DNA of 64,000 nt, taken from positions 1,425-65,424 of the IMG/VR virus record IMGVR_UViG_2799112723_000003. The stretch is one strand, 5' to 3'. Positions 17,842-26,725 of this stretch are shown here, piece by piece (position 1 is the first letter of the stretch; each line of letters opens with the position of its first letter). The position numbers were made by a program, and so were the translations under genes. The notes below the pieces were generated by a model. It saw only the letters and a list, made by a program, of their open reading frames with translations. It did not search any database and was not told the origin of the DNA. The stretch is from a virus. Its lineage: Duplodnaviria > Caudoviricetes.

Positions 17842-18822
17842 TTAGAAACCACCATAGAATCCACCAGGATAGCCACCCATGTACGGTGTCTGGTTCACTG
17901 CCGTCAGGTTCGGATAAACCACAGGCACCGTGTTAGGCTGCTTGGCTGCAAAGGTAGCCAGAGCGGTTTCCAGCGCACTGAAGCGCTTGTCGATGGCTTC
18001 TGTCTGCTTGTCGTTGCTCACCTGGCCGCGAAGCTGGGTGATGATGTCCGACTGCGTGTCGATCTTCGACTGCATCTCGCGCTCGCGAATGTCGCAGAAC
18101 TCCTTTGTGATGTTGGTCTGCAGGTCGGCAATGGCTCCGAGCGTACCGTTGTAGTTACGGTCAGCCTGGGTGCTGAGCGCATTGGTCTGCTGACATACGT
18201 CCAGACGGTCATCAGCATGGTTCTGGGCCAGCTGCAGACGGACGTTTGCATCATGGTTGGCCAACTGCAACTGTGCCTGGCTTGCGTTCTGAGCGGCCTG
18301 TGCCTGCAGCGCATTGGTCTGCTGGGCAAGGTCGTAGCGCATGTTGCAGCAGCACTCGCACAACTGACGGCCAAGGGTGGCGTTACCATTCTGCACGGCA
18401 TTGATAACCTGCATACCACTCATGCCTACTTGTGCGCCAATGTCGGCCAGCTTCGAGTTGGCAATGGCAATGTTGTTTTGTACGTCGCTGATGCTGGTGC
18501 CAAACTGACTTGCCAGCTGACTGATGGCCTCGCGGTTGTACTGCAGGGCGTTCAGGATGGTCTCCTTGTCGTTATTGTTGTTCAGCTGGTTGCTCAGGAA
18601 ACCTGTGCCAAGCACATTACCGGCTCCACCACCAAAACCGCCAAAACCGCCAAAACCACCTCCGTACATATTAAGGAAAGGAAGGATGAAGGGATACATG
18701 AACATCATCCAAAGAGGATTGTTCATACCGCCAAAGCCACCGTTGTTTGCCATGAACGGAAGCCAGGCAGGAACAGAACTGTCACCACCACCGGGAATCG
18801 AAATGACTTTTGTTTCGTCCAT
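17842..18822 (-). CDS. Gly-rich membrane-anchored, Gln/Asn-rich coiled-coil protein with CECCC motif
   Basis: Start MDETK; hydrophobic PLWMMFMYPFILPFL; GGFGGFGG repeats; QLCECCC; long heptad region. Confidence 0.8.
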   Translation of the reverse strand: MDETKVISIPGGGDSSVPAWLPFMANNGGFGGMNNPLWMMFMYPFILPFLNMYGGGFGGFGGFGGGAGNVLGTGFLSNQLNNNNDKETILNALQYNREAISQLASQFGTSISDVQNNIAIANSKLADIGAQVGMSGMQVINAVQNGNATLGRQLCECCCNMRYDLAQQTNALQAQAAQNASQAQLQLANHDANVRLQLAQNHADDRLDVCQQTNALSTQADRNYNGTLGAIADLQTNITKEFCDIREREMQSKIDTQSDIITQLRGQVSNDKQTEAIDKRFSALETALATFAAKQPNTVPVVYPNLTAVNQTPYMGGYPGGFYGGF

Positions 18823-18891
18823 AATGAAATGTTGTGAATAAGTTGATAATAAGTTGTTATTCTCTCTGTGTGTCATTGCGCATTGACCCCA

Positions 18892-18923
18892 CAAAGATAC
18901 TGCATGTTGCTGTGGCACAGCAA
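18892..18923 (-). promoter_or_regulatory. Operon promoter overlapped by a perfect palindrome
   Basis: Minus-strand TATCTTTG at 18892-18899; TTGCTGTG-G-CACAGCAA at 18907-18923. Confidence 0.6.
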
Positions 18924-18996
18924 CCTCATCACATCCTTTCAGCCCTCACTTTCTGACGCTATTTAACGTTTCGTGTGCTGTCATGTTATGACAGCC

Positions 18997-19224
18997 CTAA
19001 CACTCCCCGTCCAGTCTCTTGACTGCCCGCTCAACGGTTGCCCGGCTGATATGGTAGTCCTCAGCCAGCATCCTGATACACTCCCGGTATTTCATCCCAT
19101 TCTTCCTCATCATCCGAAACTCTTCATACATAGACACAAACCGCCAGTCGTCAAAATTGACCTCACAATCTGAGAGCATTTTTAACGTTCCACCCACTAA
19201 TTTCAGTGCTTCATACCTTTTCAT
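18997..19224 (-). CDS. Small HTH regulator
   Basis: Start MKRYEAL; IRMLAEDYHISRATVERAVKRL C-terminal HTH. Confidence 0.7.
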   Translation of the reverse strand: MKRYEALKLVGGTLKMLSDCEVNFDDWRFVSMYEEFRMMRKNGMKYRECIRMLAEDYHISRATVERAVKRLDGEC

Positions 19225-19235
19225 TGTGCAAAAAT

Positions 19236-19266
19236 TTTGTCCGTTCAACATTATTTATTACCTTTG
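19236..19266 (+). promoter_or_regulatory. Promoter for the ncRNA
   Basis: TTTG (19236-19239)-N19-TACCTTTG (19259-19266). Confidence 0.7.
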
Positions 19267-19271
19267 CACCC

Positions 19272-19411
19272 ATCTCACCACATTACGGATACAAAACACC
19301 CACGTCATGGAAAGAAGGGCATACTGAGTCCCTCCGGCTCCACGATGTGGGTAATTCGTAAAATGTGGTGAGATACTTTTATGAAAGTCGGGGGACTCTT
19401 TTATTTTTTTT
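19272..19411 (+). ncRNA. Candidate ~140-nt structured RNA (nested stems plus pseudoknot)
   Basis: 19272-19287 pairs with 19357-19374; 19298-19311 pairs with 19339-19352; loop GAGTCCCTC pairs with GGGGGACTC (19390-19398); T-run follows; no ORF. Confidence 0.6.
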
Positions 19412-19554
19412 ATTCCCCGAAGATCGGTCTATGTTCTAATTATGCAAAATTAAAAGAATCTACTTGCATTCACCCCAAAAGGTGAAAATGATAATCGCTA
19501 TGCAGTATATACCGAATATCCAGTGTGCCATTACAGCAAGTACCTTTTTAACAT

Positions 19555-20439
19555 TTAAGCATCAATAGTAACACCATCAAAAGTAATAGTAGTAGGTGTC
19601 CAGCTTAATACACTGCCACCAGTTCCATACTGCTCTTGGTCTTGGAAGGTTATGTTAGGAGTCCATACAAGCGTCACGCTTCCACTTGTTCTACCTGCTG
19701 CTCTAGCAGTAGCAACAAAATCTTCTACTCTTCCAGTTGCATTCTTTGAAGCAAGAGTTGTAAGGCTTGTCAGTGCTCCGAAGTCAGCAAAGTTACCTGT
19801 AATACCATAACCAACTTGTAATGTATGGACGTTTGGAACTTTTGTAACAAGCGATGCAGCAGTGCCAACTAAACCGTATTTTCCTTCACAATTAAAAGTT
19901 ATAAGGCTTGTCTTTACTGCCATGTCATCTACATTTCCTAAAAGATCTATACACCCAATACTCTCTAATGATGCTGAAAACTCGTTGTAATCTTTAACGT
20001 CTAATTGCGGGGCATTTATATAACCTCTTTTATTAAACTGCGTAAAACCATCTACATATTTCAATTTAGCCAGCTCCGTTGTGGTTATATTTTCTGACAA
20101 AGCGATTTGTACAATCCTATAGTAATTTTTAACCCGTATTTTTTCATTAGCAAGGGCAGAAGGTAATCCAACACCATTTTCATAATGTTCATGATTACTG
20201 TTATCGTAATCATTAGTAGCTTCTACTGCTTGATCGTTTATCTGAGTAATTATAGGATTTGTAGTTCTAATACCATCTACATAACCCACTACTCCCAAAT
20301 TTGTGTACCACGGATTAGAGAAGTTATCAGCACCTGTCTGTCCTGAAGGTCTTGATACTATAAATGTCATCACTCCCAATTTGTCAAGGTCAGAATTTAC
20401 TGCACCTTTAAGTTTTGTAACTAAACAATTGTTTGCCAT
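19555..20439 (-). CDS. Fibre-associated protein with degenerate LRR-like repeats
   Basis: MANNCLVTKLKG start; G.lg.L..L..L type repeats; AT-rich. Confidence 0.6.
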   Translation of the reverse strand: MANNCLVTKLKGAVNSDLDKLGVMTFIVSRPSGQTGADNFSNPWYTNLGVVGYVDGIRTTNPIITQINDQAVEATNDYDNSNHEHYENGVGLPSALANEKIRVKNYYRIVQIALSENITTTELAKLKYVDGFTQFNKRGYINAPQLDVKDYNEFSASLESIGCIDLLGNVDDMAVKTSLITFNCEGKYGLVGTAASLVTKVPNVHTLQVGYGITGNFADFGALTSLTTLASKNATGRVEDFVATARAAGRTSGSVTLVWTPNITFQDQEQYGTGGSVLSWTPTTITFDGVTIDA

Positions 20440-20478
20440 AACTTTAAATATTTAAAAGTTTATAAAATTTAATTATGA

Positions 20479-23400
20479 TTATAACTGATTATAATCATAA
20501 TATGTATCTAATGTGGAAATTCTTTGAATAAGCCAATTTTTTACCCTTTGAACACTATTATACCATCCACCCGTGGTTGGTTCATACCGATAAGTCTTTT
20601 CATTATCTCTATAACTTGGAGTGTTTGGAATTAGTACGGGATTTCCTTCATCATCAACAACAACACTACCATTCTCTAGATAAGGAGATGTAACAATATC
20701 TTCAATATCTTCTTTCAGGTTATCATAACCACAAGCATTAACCCATTTTTCAAGAAGCCCAATAATATTATCAACTGAGAAAATACCATTGTCTCTAAGT
20801 TCCTTATATCTGGCTCTCATTTCTGTTTGATACAATCCCTTGAGCAAATTTGTTCCAGTTGGAAGGTTATTACTTGTTCCAAGAATACCCGTAAGACTGT
20901 CTGATACAAAAGAAGCACCATTCCAATGCATACCAAAGATAGAGTCCATATCATAGCTTGTAGGACACCAAAGATTGCCATCCCAGCAACCCCAAATCCA
21001 GTTCTTCGCATATCCATCATGATGATACAATACCTGACTTATTAAATCATAGTCGATTAAGAAAGGGATATTAAAAAATTCTTCAAACTTAGCTCTTTTT
21101 GCAGTATCTGTAGTTTCTGCCATAGTAAGAGTAATAGCAGTGGTCAATCTTTCGATAGCAGCTTTAGTCGTAGCATAGTCATCAGAAGGCTCAGTAGGAT
21201 TATCACCATCATACTTATTGCCATTAATATCCTTGTTTATCTTTGGGTTTCTTACTTCAAAGTCATGCCAAATATTCCCTCCATCTACTCCAGGTTGTGT
21301 TAAATCACCATTAGCCATCCAGAAAGTTTCTCCTAATATACCATCAAGAAGAATCTGCTTCTGCTTATCTTTTTTGCAATAGTAGTTTGACCTATCCTTC
21401 TTCAAGTTGAAAGCATAGATACCTGCATTTTTACCATTGAAGAACACCTTTACAGGGAATCCATCAGGATGAGCCAAGGCACCAGTATCATAGTCCTTGC
21501 TGAAAGAACCATTAGAGTTATCTACATCATTAAATGAATTAAGATAATCCCAAGGTCTGCGCTCCCCATAAGGTCTTGTCTGATACATTTGCTCAGTAAG
21601 CCAATAGCCAACTATACACTGACCTCTGAATACATCAATGAAATATTTCTTGATATGGAAACTATCACAAGGAACCCAATTACCAAACTTAATCTTACTG
21701 CCGTCAGTGAAATCAATAGCTTGGTTCTTGATATGATAACCCATAGAAGAAGAACCTTGTGCATTCAGTTCAATAGGCTTTCTAAAATAGTTGCCAGCCT
21801 TATCCCAGAACTGGATGTATGTAGGAATATTTACCCCCTTTGCTTCTGCCTGACTGTCAACCTCAATATTAACAACTGCACAGACAGAAGGGATAGGAAT
21901 CTCTACAAACTCACTATCACTCCAGTCAGCAGGGTTGTTGGCTGTATATCCAAGAGCATCAAGAGCTTTTATAAGTTCTTGTGTAGCAGCAGGAGAAAGT
22001 CCAATATGCTTAACCTCAATGCCGACTTCCTCATGCTTCACTCCATCAGCATCCCTATAAGAGATAATCTTACCTTCAGAATCAGTAGTGATTTCACTTC
22101 TTCCTTCGGGGTCTTCAATAGTAGACAGGCTTTCTGCTACCTCTTTATCAATAAGAGATTTGCCATCTTTCTTATCAACTTTAGCATCAATAGTTTCACT
22201 CTGCATATTGTAAGCATAATGTGAGCCATCTGCTTTAGTTCCTGAGAGAACTCTATCTTCAGCATCAAGTTCTACCTTAAGATATTCAGGATTCTCAACT
22301 GCTGTGATAGATGAGAGTGCATCAATATCAAGTGACTCTATGCTAGAACTAATACTACCAAGAACAGCCTTAAGCTCACTGATAGACTCTTTATTATTCT
22401 TTATCTCATTCAGGAAGTCAGCATCACCCACATAAGTCTTACCATCGGCTTTAAGACCGAAGACTACCTTGTCTTCTGCATCTAACCATGCTGCAAGATA
22501 TTCTGGACTATCTATTATCTTATATGATACTCCAGAAACTTCCATGTTACCAAAGACTCTAATGTCTCTTTTGATATTAGCAGAACCACCTACATTGATG
22601 TCTCCTCCAAAGACTTTTGTACCATCAGACTGGATTCCTTCAAGGACTTTATCTTCTGAGTCTGTGGTTACTTCAAGGAACTCTGGATTATCAACAGTGG
22701 ATTTAGCAGAAGCATACTCGGCATCAATAAGGCTTTTACCTTCTTCCTTGTCTACCTTTGTATCAAGTGCAGCATTAACTTCTTCTTTGTTAGCTTTTAC
22801 CTCATCAAGATGCCGTTCAACAGATTCTGCTCTTGTTTTCTCTTCAGCAACAGCCTGAGCACTTGCAGCAAGTAGTTGTTGAAGGGTTTCGTCATTTCTG
22901 ATGCCCTCAAAGAAGGTTATCATCTCATTGATAGTGTCTATCTTCTCCGTGGCATCATCAACACCCATGATGATGTCTATCTGCTGCTGTATATAGTCCT
23001 TCACCTGCTGAGGACAGCCTGCACCAAAGTAGAAATTACCATTAACCTGAACGCCATAGAGCACCTTGTCATCCTTATCAGTTACGGCTCTGACAAACTC
23101 TGGATTGTTGATATAATATCCATATGTAGCTGCAGCGCCACCGCTTTGCAGGGGCTTCACACTGCCTGGAGTCGGCTCTGCATCGGTGATAGTCTCTAAA
23201 CGTTCTATCATGTCGTCAGCCAACTTCTCGGTGGTCACTGCGCCTGGTGCCAGTTTTTCCTCTGTTACATTCTGGTCGGCAATCTTTTCCGCTGTTACCG
23301 CTTGGTCGGCAATCTTTGGGGTGGTCACAGCACTGTCGGCGATCTTTTCCGTAGTCACCGACCCAGAGGCAATCATGCGCTCCGTGACCTGGAAACCGGG

Positions 23401-23769
23401 TTCGAGTTTGTCAAGCGTGAGTGCTCCATCTTTAATCTTGTCGGCAGTAACGGAGCCGTCGGCAATCTTTTCATTGGTGACGGCAGCTTTGTCGATGTTG
23501 CGGGTCTTCACCTCACCGTCACCAATCTTATCTGTAGTCACAGCGCCTTTGTCGATGTTGCGGGTCTTCACCTCACCGTCGCCAATCTTATCCGTAGTCA
23601 CAGCGCCAGTGTCGATATTGCGGGTCTTCACCTCGCCGTCGCCAATCTTCTCCGTGGTGACCGCACCAGCGGCGATATGCCTCGACTGAATAGCTCCGTT
23701 CTGAATGTCCTTACTCTGCACCAGCACCCGCCAGTCGCCTATATGCTCGTCAAATTCAAATAACTTCAT
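20479..23769 (-). CDS. Virion fibre protein: AVTTEKIAD repeats, NPEF repeats and C-terminal CotH-kinase-like domain
   Basis: N-terminal 10/20-aa repeats; five NPE(F/Y)..D.EDKV..G..DG repeats; [24 protein letters not shown] motifs. Confidence 0.75.
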   Translation of the reverse strand: MKLFEFDEHIGDWRVLVQSKDIQNGAIQSRHIAAGAVTTEKIGDGEVKTRNIDTGAVTTDKIGDGEVKTRNIDKGAVTTDKIGDGEVKTRNIDKAAVTNEKIADGSVTADKIKDGALTLDKLEPGFQVTERMIASGSVTTEKIADSAVTTPKIADQAVTAEKIADQNVTEEKLAPGAVTTEKLADDMIERLETITDAEPTPGSVKPLQSGGAAATYGYYINNPEFVRAVTDKDDKVLYGVQVNGNFYFGAGCPQQVKDYIQQQIDIIMGVDDATEKIDTINEMITFFEGIRNDETLQQLLAASAQAVAEEKTRAESVERHLDEVKANKEEVNAALDTKVDKEEGKSLIDAEYASAKSTVDNPEFLEVTTDSEDKVLEGIQSDGTKVFGGDINVGGSANIKRDIRVFGNMEVSGVSYKIIDSPEYLAAWLDAEDKVVFGLKADGKTYVGDADFLNEIKNNKESISELKAVLGSISSSIESLDIDALSSITAVENPEYLKVELDAEDRVLSGTKADGSHYAYNMQSETIDAKVDKKDGKSLIDKEVAESLSTIEDPEGRSEITTDSEGKIISYRDADGVKHEEVGIEVKHIGLSPAATQELIKALDALGYTANNPADWSDSEFVEIPIPSVCAVVNIEVDSQAEAKGVNIPTYIQFWDKAGNYFRKPIELNAQGSSSMGYHIKNQAIDFTDGSKIKFGNWVPCDSFHIKKYFIDVFRGQCIVGYWLTEQMYQTRPYGERRPWDYLNSFNDVDNSNGSFSKDYDTGALAHPDGFPVKVFFNGKNAGIYAFNLKKDRSNYYCKKDKQKQILLDGILGETFWMANGDLTQPGVDGGNIWHDFEVRNPKINKDINGNKYDGDNPTEPSDDYATTKAAIERLTTAITLTMAETTDTAKRAKFEEFFNIPFLIDYDLISQVLYHHDGYAKNWIWGCWDGNLWCPTSYDMDSIFGMHWNGASFVSDSLTGILGTSNNLPTGTNLLKGLYQTEMRARYKELRDNGIFSVDNIIGLLEKWVNACGYDNLKEDIEDIVTSPYLENGSVVVDDEGNPVLIPNTPSYRDNEKTYRYEPTTGGWYNSVQRVKNWLIQRISTLDTYYDYNQL
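23491..23670. repeat. Three near-identical 60-bp coding tandem repeats
   Basis: GTCGAT(G/A)TTGCGGGTCTTCACCTC(A/G)CCGTC..CCAATCTT repeated, encoding GAVTT(E/D)[13 protein letters not shown]. Confidence 0.9.
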
Positions 23770-23772
23770 ATC

Positions 23773-24048
23773 TTAAGCGTTATCAATTTGGTCCATTATT
23801 TCAATGATGGCTTCTATGACTTGGGCTGTACCAAGGCCCGTGTATGTCATGTCCTTTCTGACTCCGCAGATTATCTTGTTTTCAGAGTCTACAATGACAA
23901 CATAGAACTCTGGATTCTCCACCAGACTTGTACTTGCATATTTTGTGTCAGACAATGCAGGTATCATCATGGCAAAGGCGTCAAAGAAACCTCTTGCTTC
24001 ATGAAGCTTTCCTACTGTAACAATACTATCTTGATTCGTCAAAGCCAT
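23773..24048 (-). CDS. Small fibre-module protein with one NPEF repeat
   Basis: ENPEFYVVIVDSENKIICGVRKD matches the repeat in the 1096-aa protein. Confidence 0.65.
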   Translation of the reverse strand: MALTNQDSIVTVGKLHEARGFFDAFAMMIPALSDTKYASTSLVENPEFYVVIVDSENKIICGVRKDMTYTGLGTAQVIEAIIEIMDQIDNA

Positions 24049-24065
24049 GTCGTTGTTTCTTTAGA

Positions 24066-24096
24066 GGGAGGAATGGGAGTCGAACCCAAACCTCCC
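24066..24096 (-). other. Intergenic hairpin with a tRNA T-loop-like GGGTTCGACTCCC
   Basis: GGGAGG-TT-TGGG-TTCGACT-CCCA-TT-CCTCCC on the minus strand. Confidence 0.5.
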
Positions 24097-24105
24097 GGTT
24101 GTGGT

Positions 24106-24780
24106 TTATGAGAAGATTTCAGCAATATCCTCACTTGTGGCGTACACGATGCCGTCCACCTTGGCTTTGTCAGCTGCGCTGTAGTCGTTGGTCGACAGGC
24201 CCTTGCCTAGCTCCTTGTCTACTTTGCCGCTGATGTCCTGGTGGGTGGTCAGAACGGTGGCAGATGTTCCGCTCTTCAGAGTGATGGTAGTCTTGTCGAC
24301 GTCAGCACCGGTGCCGGGCACCACGCTCATCTCGCTCTTATCTGCCTTGCCTGCAACAGCGTTCAGAATGTCCTGCACGCCCTGTGCAAGGTCGCTGGCA
24401 GGAATGCCAGTTCCCGGCTTGGTGTACTTGGCTGCAATCTGGTCACTGATTCCACTGATGATGCCATCCAACGTCTGGGTGTCTGAAATACCGGCCAGGA
24501 AGGCAACAATCTCGTTGAACTTGTCAATGGCATGGGTCGTTGCATCGGGGTCTTCGCTGATCAGAGCTTCCAGAGCGGCCACCTTGCCGTTCAGCGTATC
24601 GAGGTCATCAGGCTGCAAGGCTGTGCCTGCGGCTGTGATGGCTGTCTGAACAGCCTCGGCCAAATCGGTTGCGGGGATACCAGCGCTGGGCTTCTGATAA
24701 AACAGTGTGAGCAGGGTGTTGTAGAACTCCTGAAGTTTTTCCACCTGAACGGTGCTGGAAGGGTTAGTCAATTGTCCCAT
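24106..24780 (-). CDS. Fibre-like structural protein
   Basis: KVDKELGKGLSTNDYSAADKAKVDGI and IDKFNEIVAFLAGI fibre motifs. Confidence 0.7.
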   Translation of the reverse strand: MGQLTNPSSTVQVEKLQEFYNTLLTLFYQKPSAGIPATDLAEAVQTAITAAGTALQPDDLDTLNGKVAALEALISEDPDATTHAIDKFNEIVAFLAGISDTQTLDGIISGISDQIAAKYTKPGTGIPASDLAQGVQDILNAVAGKADKSEMSVVPGTGADVDKTTITLKSGTSATVLTTHQDISGKVDKELGKGLSTNDYSAADKAKVDGIVYATSEDIAEIFS

Positions 24781-24836
24781 AATACTAAATGATTTAAATG
24801 ATTAATTTTTTGGTTTATTATAAGAGTGCTTAAGCC

Positions 24837-25115
24837 TCATCTGAATATCTCGGCAATATCGTCGCTGGTGGCAAAGCCTTCGTTGAGACGGCTTCTCACA
24901 TCTGGATTTAAGTCCTTTGCAAGAATACTGTCATCTACGATGGCATCTGAGTCAACGGTATTGGGTTCTACGGTGCTACTGCCACCACCACTTCCCTTCT
25001 GATAAACAGGAATCTGAAGTGTCTCTTCCCAACCTACGACTACACCATCTTTCTGCTTTGCCTTAAGCAGGTGGTCGTAGTCTTCATTTTTCTTTTCAAC
25101 CTTGTACCTATTCAT
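24837..25115 (-). CDS. Small structural-module protein
   Basis: NTVDSDAIVDDSI repeat-like unit; ends FATSDDIAEIFR. Confidence 0.6.
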   Translation of the reverse strand: MNRYKVEKKNEDYDHLLKAKQKDGVVVGWEETLQIPVYQKGSGGGSSTVEPNTVDSDAIVDDSILAKDLNPDVRSRLNEGFATSDDIAEIFR

Positions 25116-25122
25116 CTTTTCT

Positions 25123-25392
25123 CTAGTTTAAGATGTAACACTTCTTCACCTCTACCGGGGTGGCCAGCATCAGGGTCACTTCCTTCTTCGAGGTGATATT
25201 GATTTCGTAGGCATCTGCGCTCTTGGGTGTCTGCCCGTAGTTGGCATAGCCTCCGTCCCCTTCCATCTTCAGGGTTACCACAGGGGCACGGCTGGCCAGC
25301 TCTATATGCACCAGGGCCTCTTCATCCACCGTGAAGGGGTCGCTAAAATAAGCGTTGGCCTCTGCATTAAACTCAAACTGTGGTATTACCAT
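25123..25392 (-). CDS. Small beta-rich structural protein
   Basis: Operonic; alternating beta pattern. Confidence 0.55.
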   Translation of the reverse strand: MVIPQFEFNAEANAYFSDPFTVDEEALVHIELASRAPVVTLKMEGDGGYANYGQTPKSADAYEINITSKKEVTLMLATPVEVKKCYILN

Positions 25393-25426
25393 CGTCTTTC
25401 CTTTTTCATCGTTTTGTTATTTACCT

Positions 25427-26095
25427 TTATCCCTCACTCACCTCCGCACTCAGATAGTTCCTGGCCACATTGAACAGGCTCTGCGCCACGTCCTCACGGT
25501 AGGCCAGCATCGTCAGACCGGCCACCTGGTACACCAGGGCGGCTTCCAGACGGGATGGCACATTCACACTGGCTGACAGGTTGCTGACGGAAATGCCGCT
25601 CACGTCGGGCTTCTTGACAATGGTCATGTAGCAGGTCTCTACGTTGTTGGTCTTCGGGCTGTACATGTACAGGTAGCGGTTGTTGTTCTCAAAGGTCAGC
25701 ACACTCACCGGCCTGTCCCAGCTGCCTTTGGCATACTCGTCGCTCTGCATCAGGGCAACCTGCGACGATTCTGGCACTGGAACCGGGGCGTACGTCCATG
25801 ATGACAACCGGGCAGAAACAACACGTATCACATCGTCTGACACCTGAGCCTTCTCCGCACCTGTGCCACTGACAATGCTCCCGGCGGGTGACGTCTGCTC
25901 AAACATGCTGCTGTCCAGCTTGTCCAGTGGCGCATTCTCCAGGATGAACGTCAGACCATAGCCTATCTTGTCTACGATGATCTGCGTCATGTTCGCCACA
26001 TCGTTCGTCAAGTCGGAAAAGTCTGTCCCTTCCTGTGTCAGCTCGTCTATGGCAGACTTGACACGTCTTACTATCTCCGCTACTGTAATGGCCAT
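25427..26095 (-). CDS. Probable head-completion/adaptor-like protein
   Basis: MAITVAEIVRRVKSAIDE..LEAALVYQVAGL..A..LFNVA, a connector-like helical pattern. Confidence 0.5.
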   Translation of the reverse strand: MAITVAEIVRRVKSAIDELTQEGTDFSDLTNDVANMTQIIVDKIGYGLTFILENAPLDKLDSSMFEQTSPAGSIVSGTGAEKAQVSDDVIRVVSARLSSWTYAPVPVPESSQVALMQSDEYAKGSWDRPVSVLTFENNNRYLYMYSPKTNNVETCYMTIVKKPDVSGISVSNLSASVNVPSRLEAALVYQVAGLTMLAYREDVAQSLFNVARNYLSAEVSEG

Positions 26096-26104
26096 ATCTT
26101 CCTC

Positions 26105-26611
26105 TTACCCTCTCTTGATGGTCGGATTGATACCGTGCTCCTTCAGCACCTTGCGGGCCTCAGCCTCACTGGTCACCTGTACCTCGTACTCTTCGGCCAC
26201 AAAGCGGATGGCATCGGCCAGACTGGCAAACTCCTTCTTGCCGTCATCACCGCCTGCTGGTTCCTGCGTCTCGCTGCCTGGTTCCTGTACGGGGGCTTGT
26301 GTCTTGGTGGTGTTAGCCACCGTTACCGGTGCTTTTACACCAGGCTTTGCGGGCTTCTTGGGCTGCTGTGCGACGGGCTTCATGGGCTTGGGGGCTTCGC
26401 CGGTGGCTCGTACCAGCACCACTTCCTTGTTCTTGAACAGCTCACTGGCTTCCAGGGCTTTCATCGTAAACAGGTTGTCCGTGCGGAACGTGGGCATCTT
26501 GCTCTTGTACACATTACCGCCTGTAAAGGCTACTCTCACTCTGACGCCCTTGTAGTTCAAGGTGACTTCGTAGCTGTTCTGTAGCTTTCGTAACTGATAT
26601 TCTTTTGTCAT
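26105..26611 (-). CDS. Hypothetical protein with Pro/Lys/Ala linker
   Basis: Directly downstream of the capsid gene. Confidence 0.65.
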   Translation of the reverse strand: MTKEYQLRKLQNSYEVTLNYKGVRVRVAFTGGNVYKSKMPTFRTDNLFTMKALEASELFKNKEVVLVRATGEAPKPMKPVAQQPKKPAKPGVKAPVTVANTTKTQAPVQEPGSETQEPAGGDDGKKEFASLADAIRFVAEEYEVQVTSEAEARKVLKEHGINPTIKRG

Positions 26612-26725
26612 TATTCTTGTTTTGTCTTTGTTCGCTATACCGCTGCTTCTTTAATGTATAGGGGCCGCGGCTCCGCTTGCGGCGGCATCACCGCGACCCC
26701 GTGATGAAAGGAGGGAAATTCCAAG

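Noticed and set aside
17155-18837. 560-aa plus-strand ORF, and similar long antisense ORFs (10170-11027, 48401-49717, 30183-31130, 62972-63751)
   Set aside because: Shadows of well-supported genes on the opposite strand; no motifs or start context.
24066-24096. tRNA gene
   Set aside because: Only a T-loop-like hairpin; no D arm or anticodon arm.
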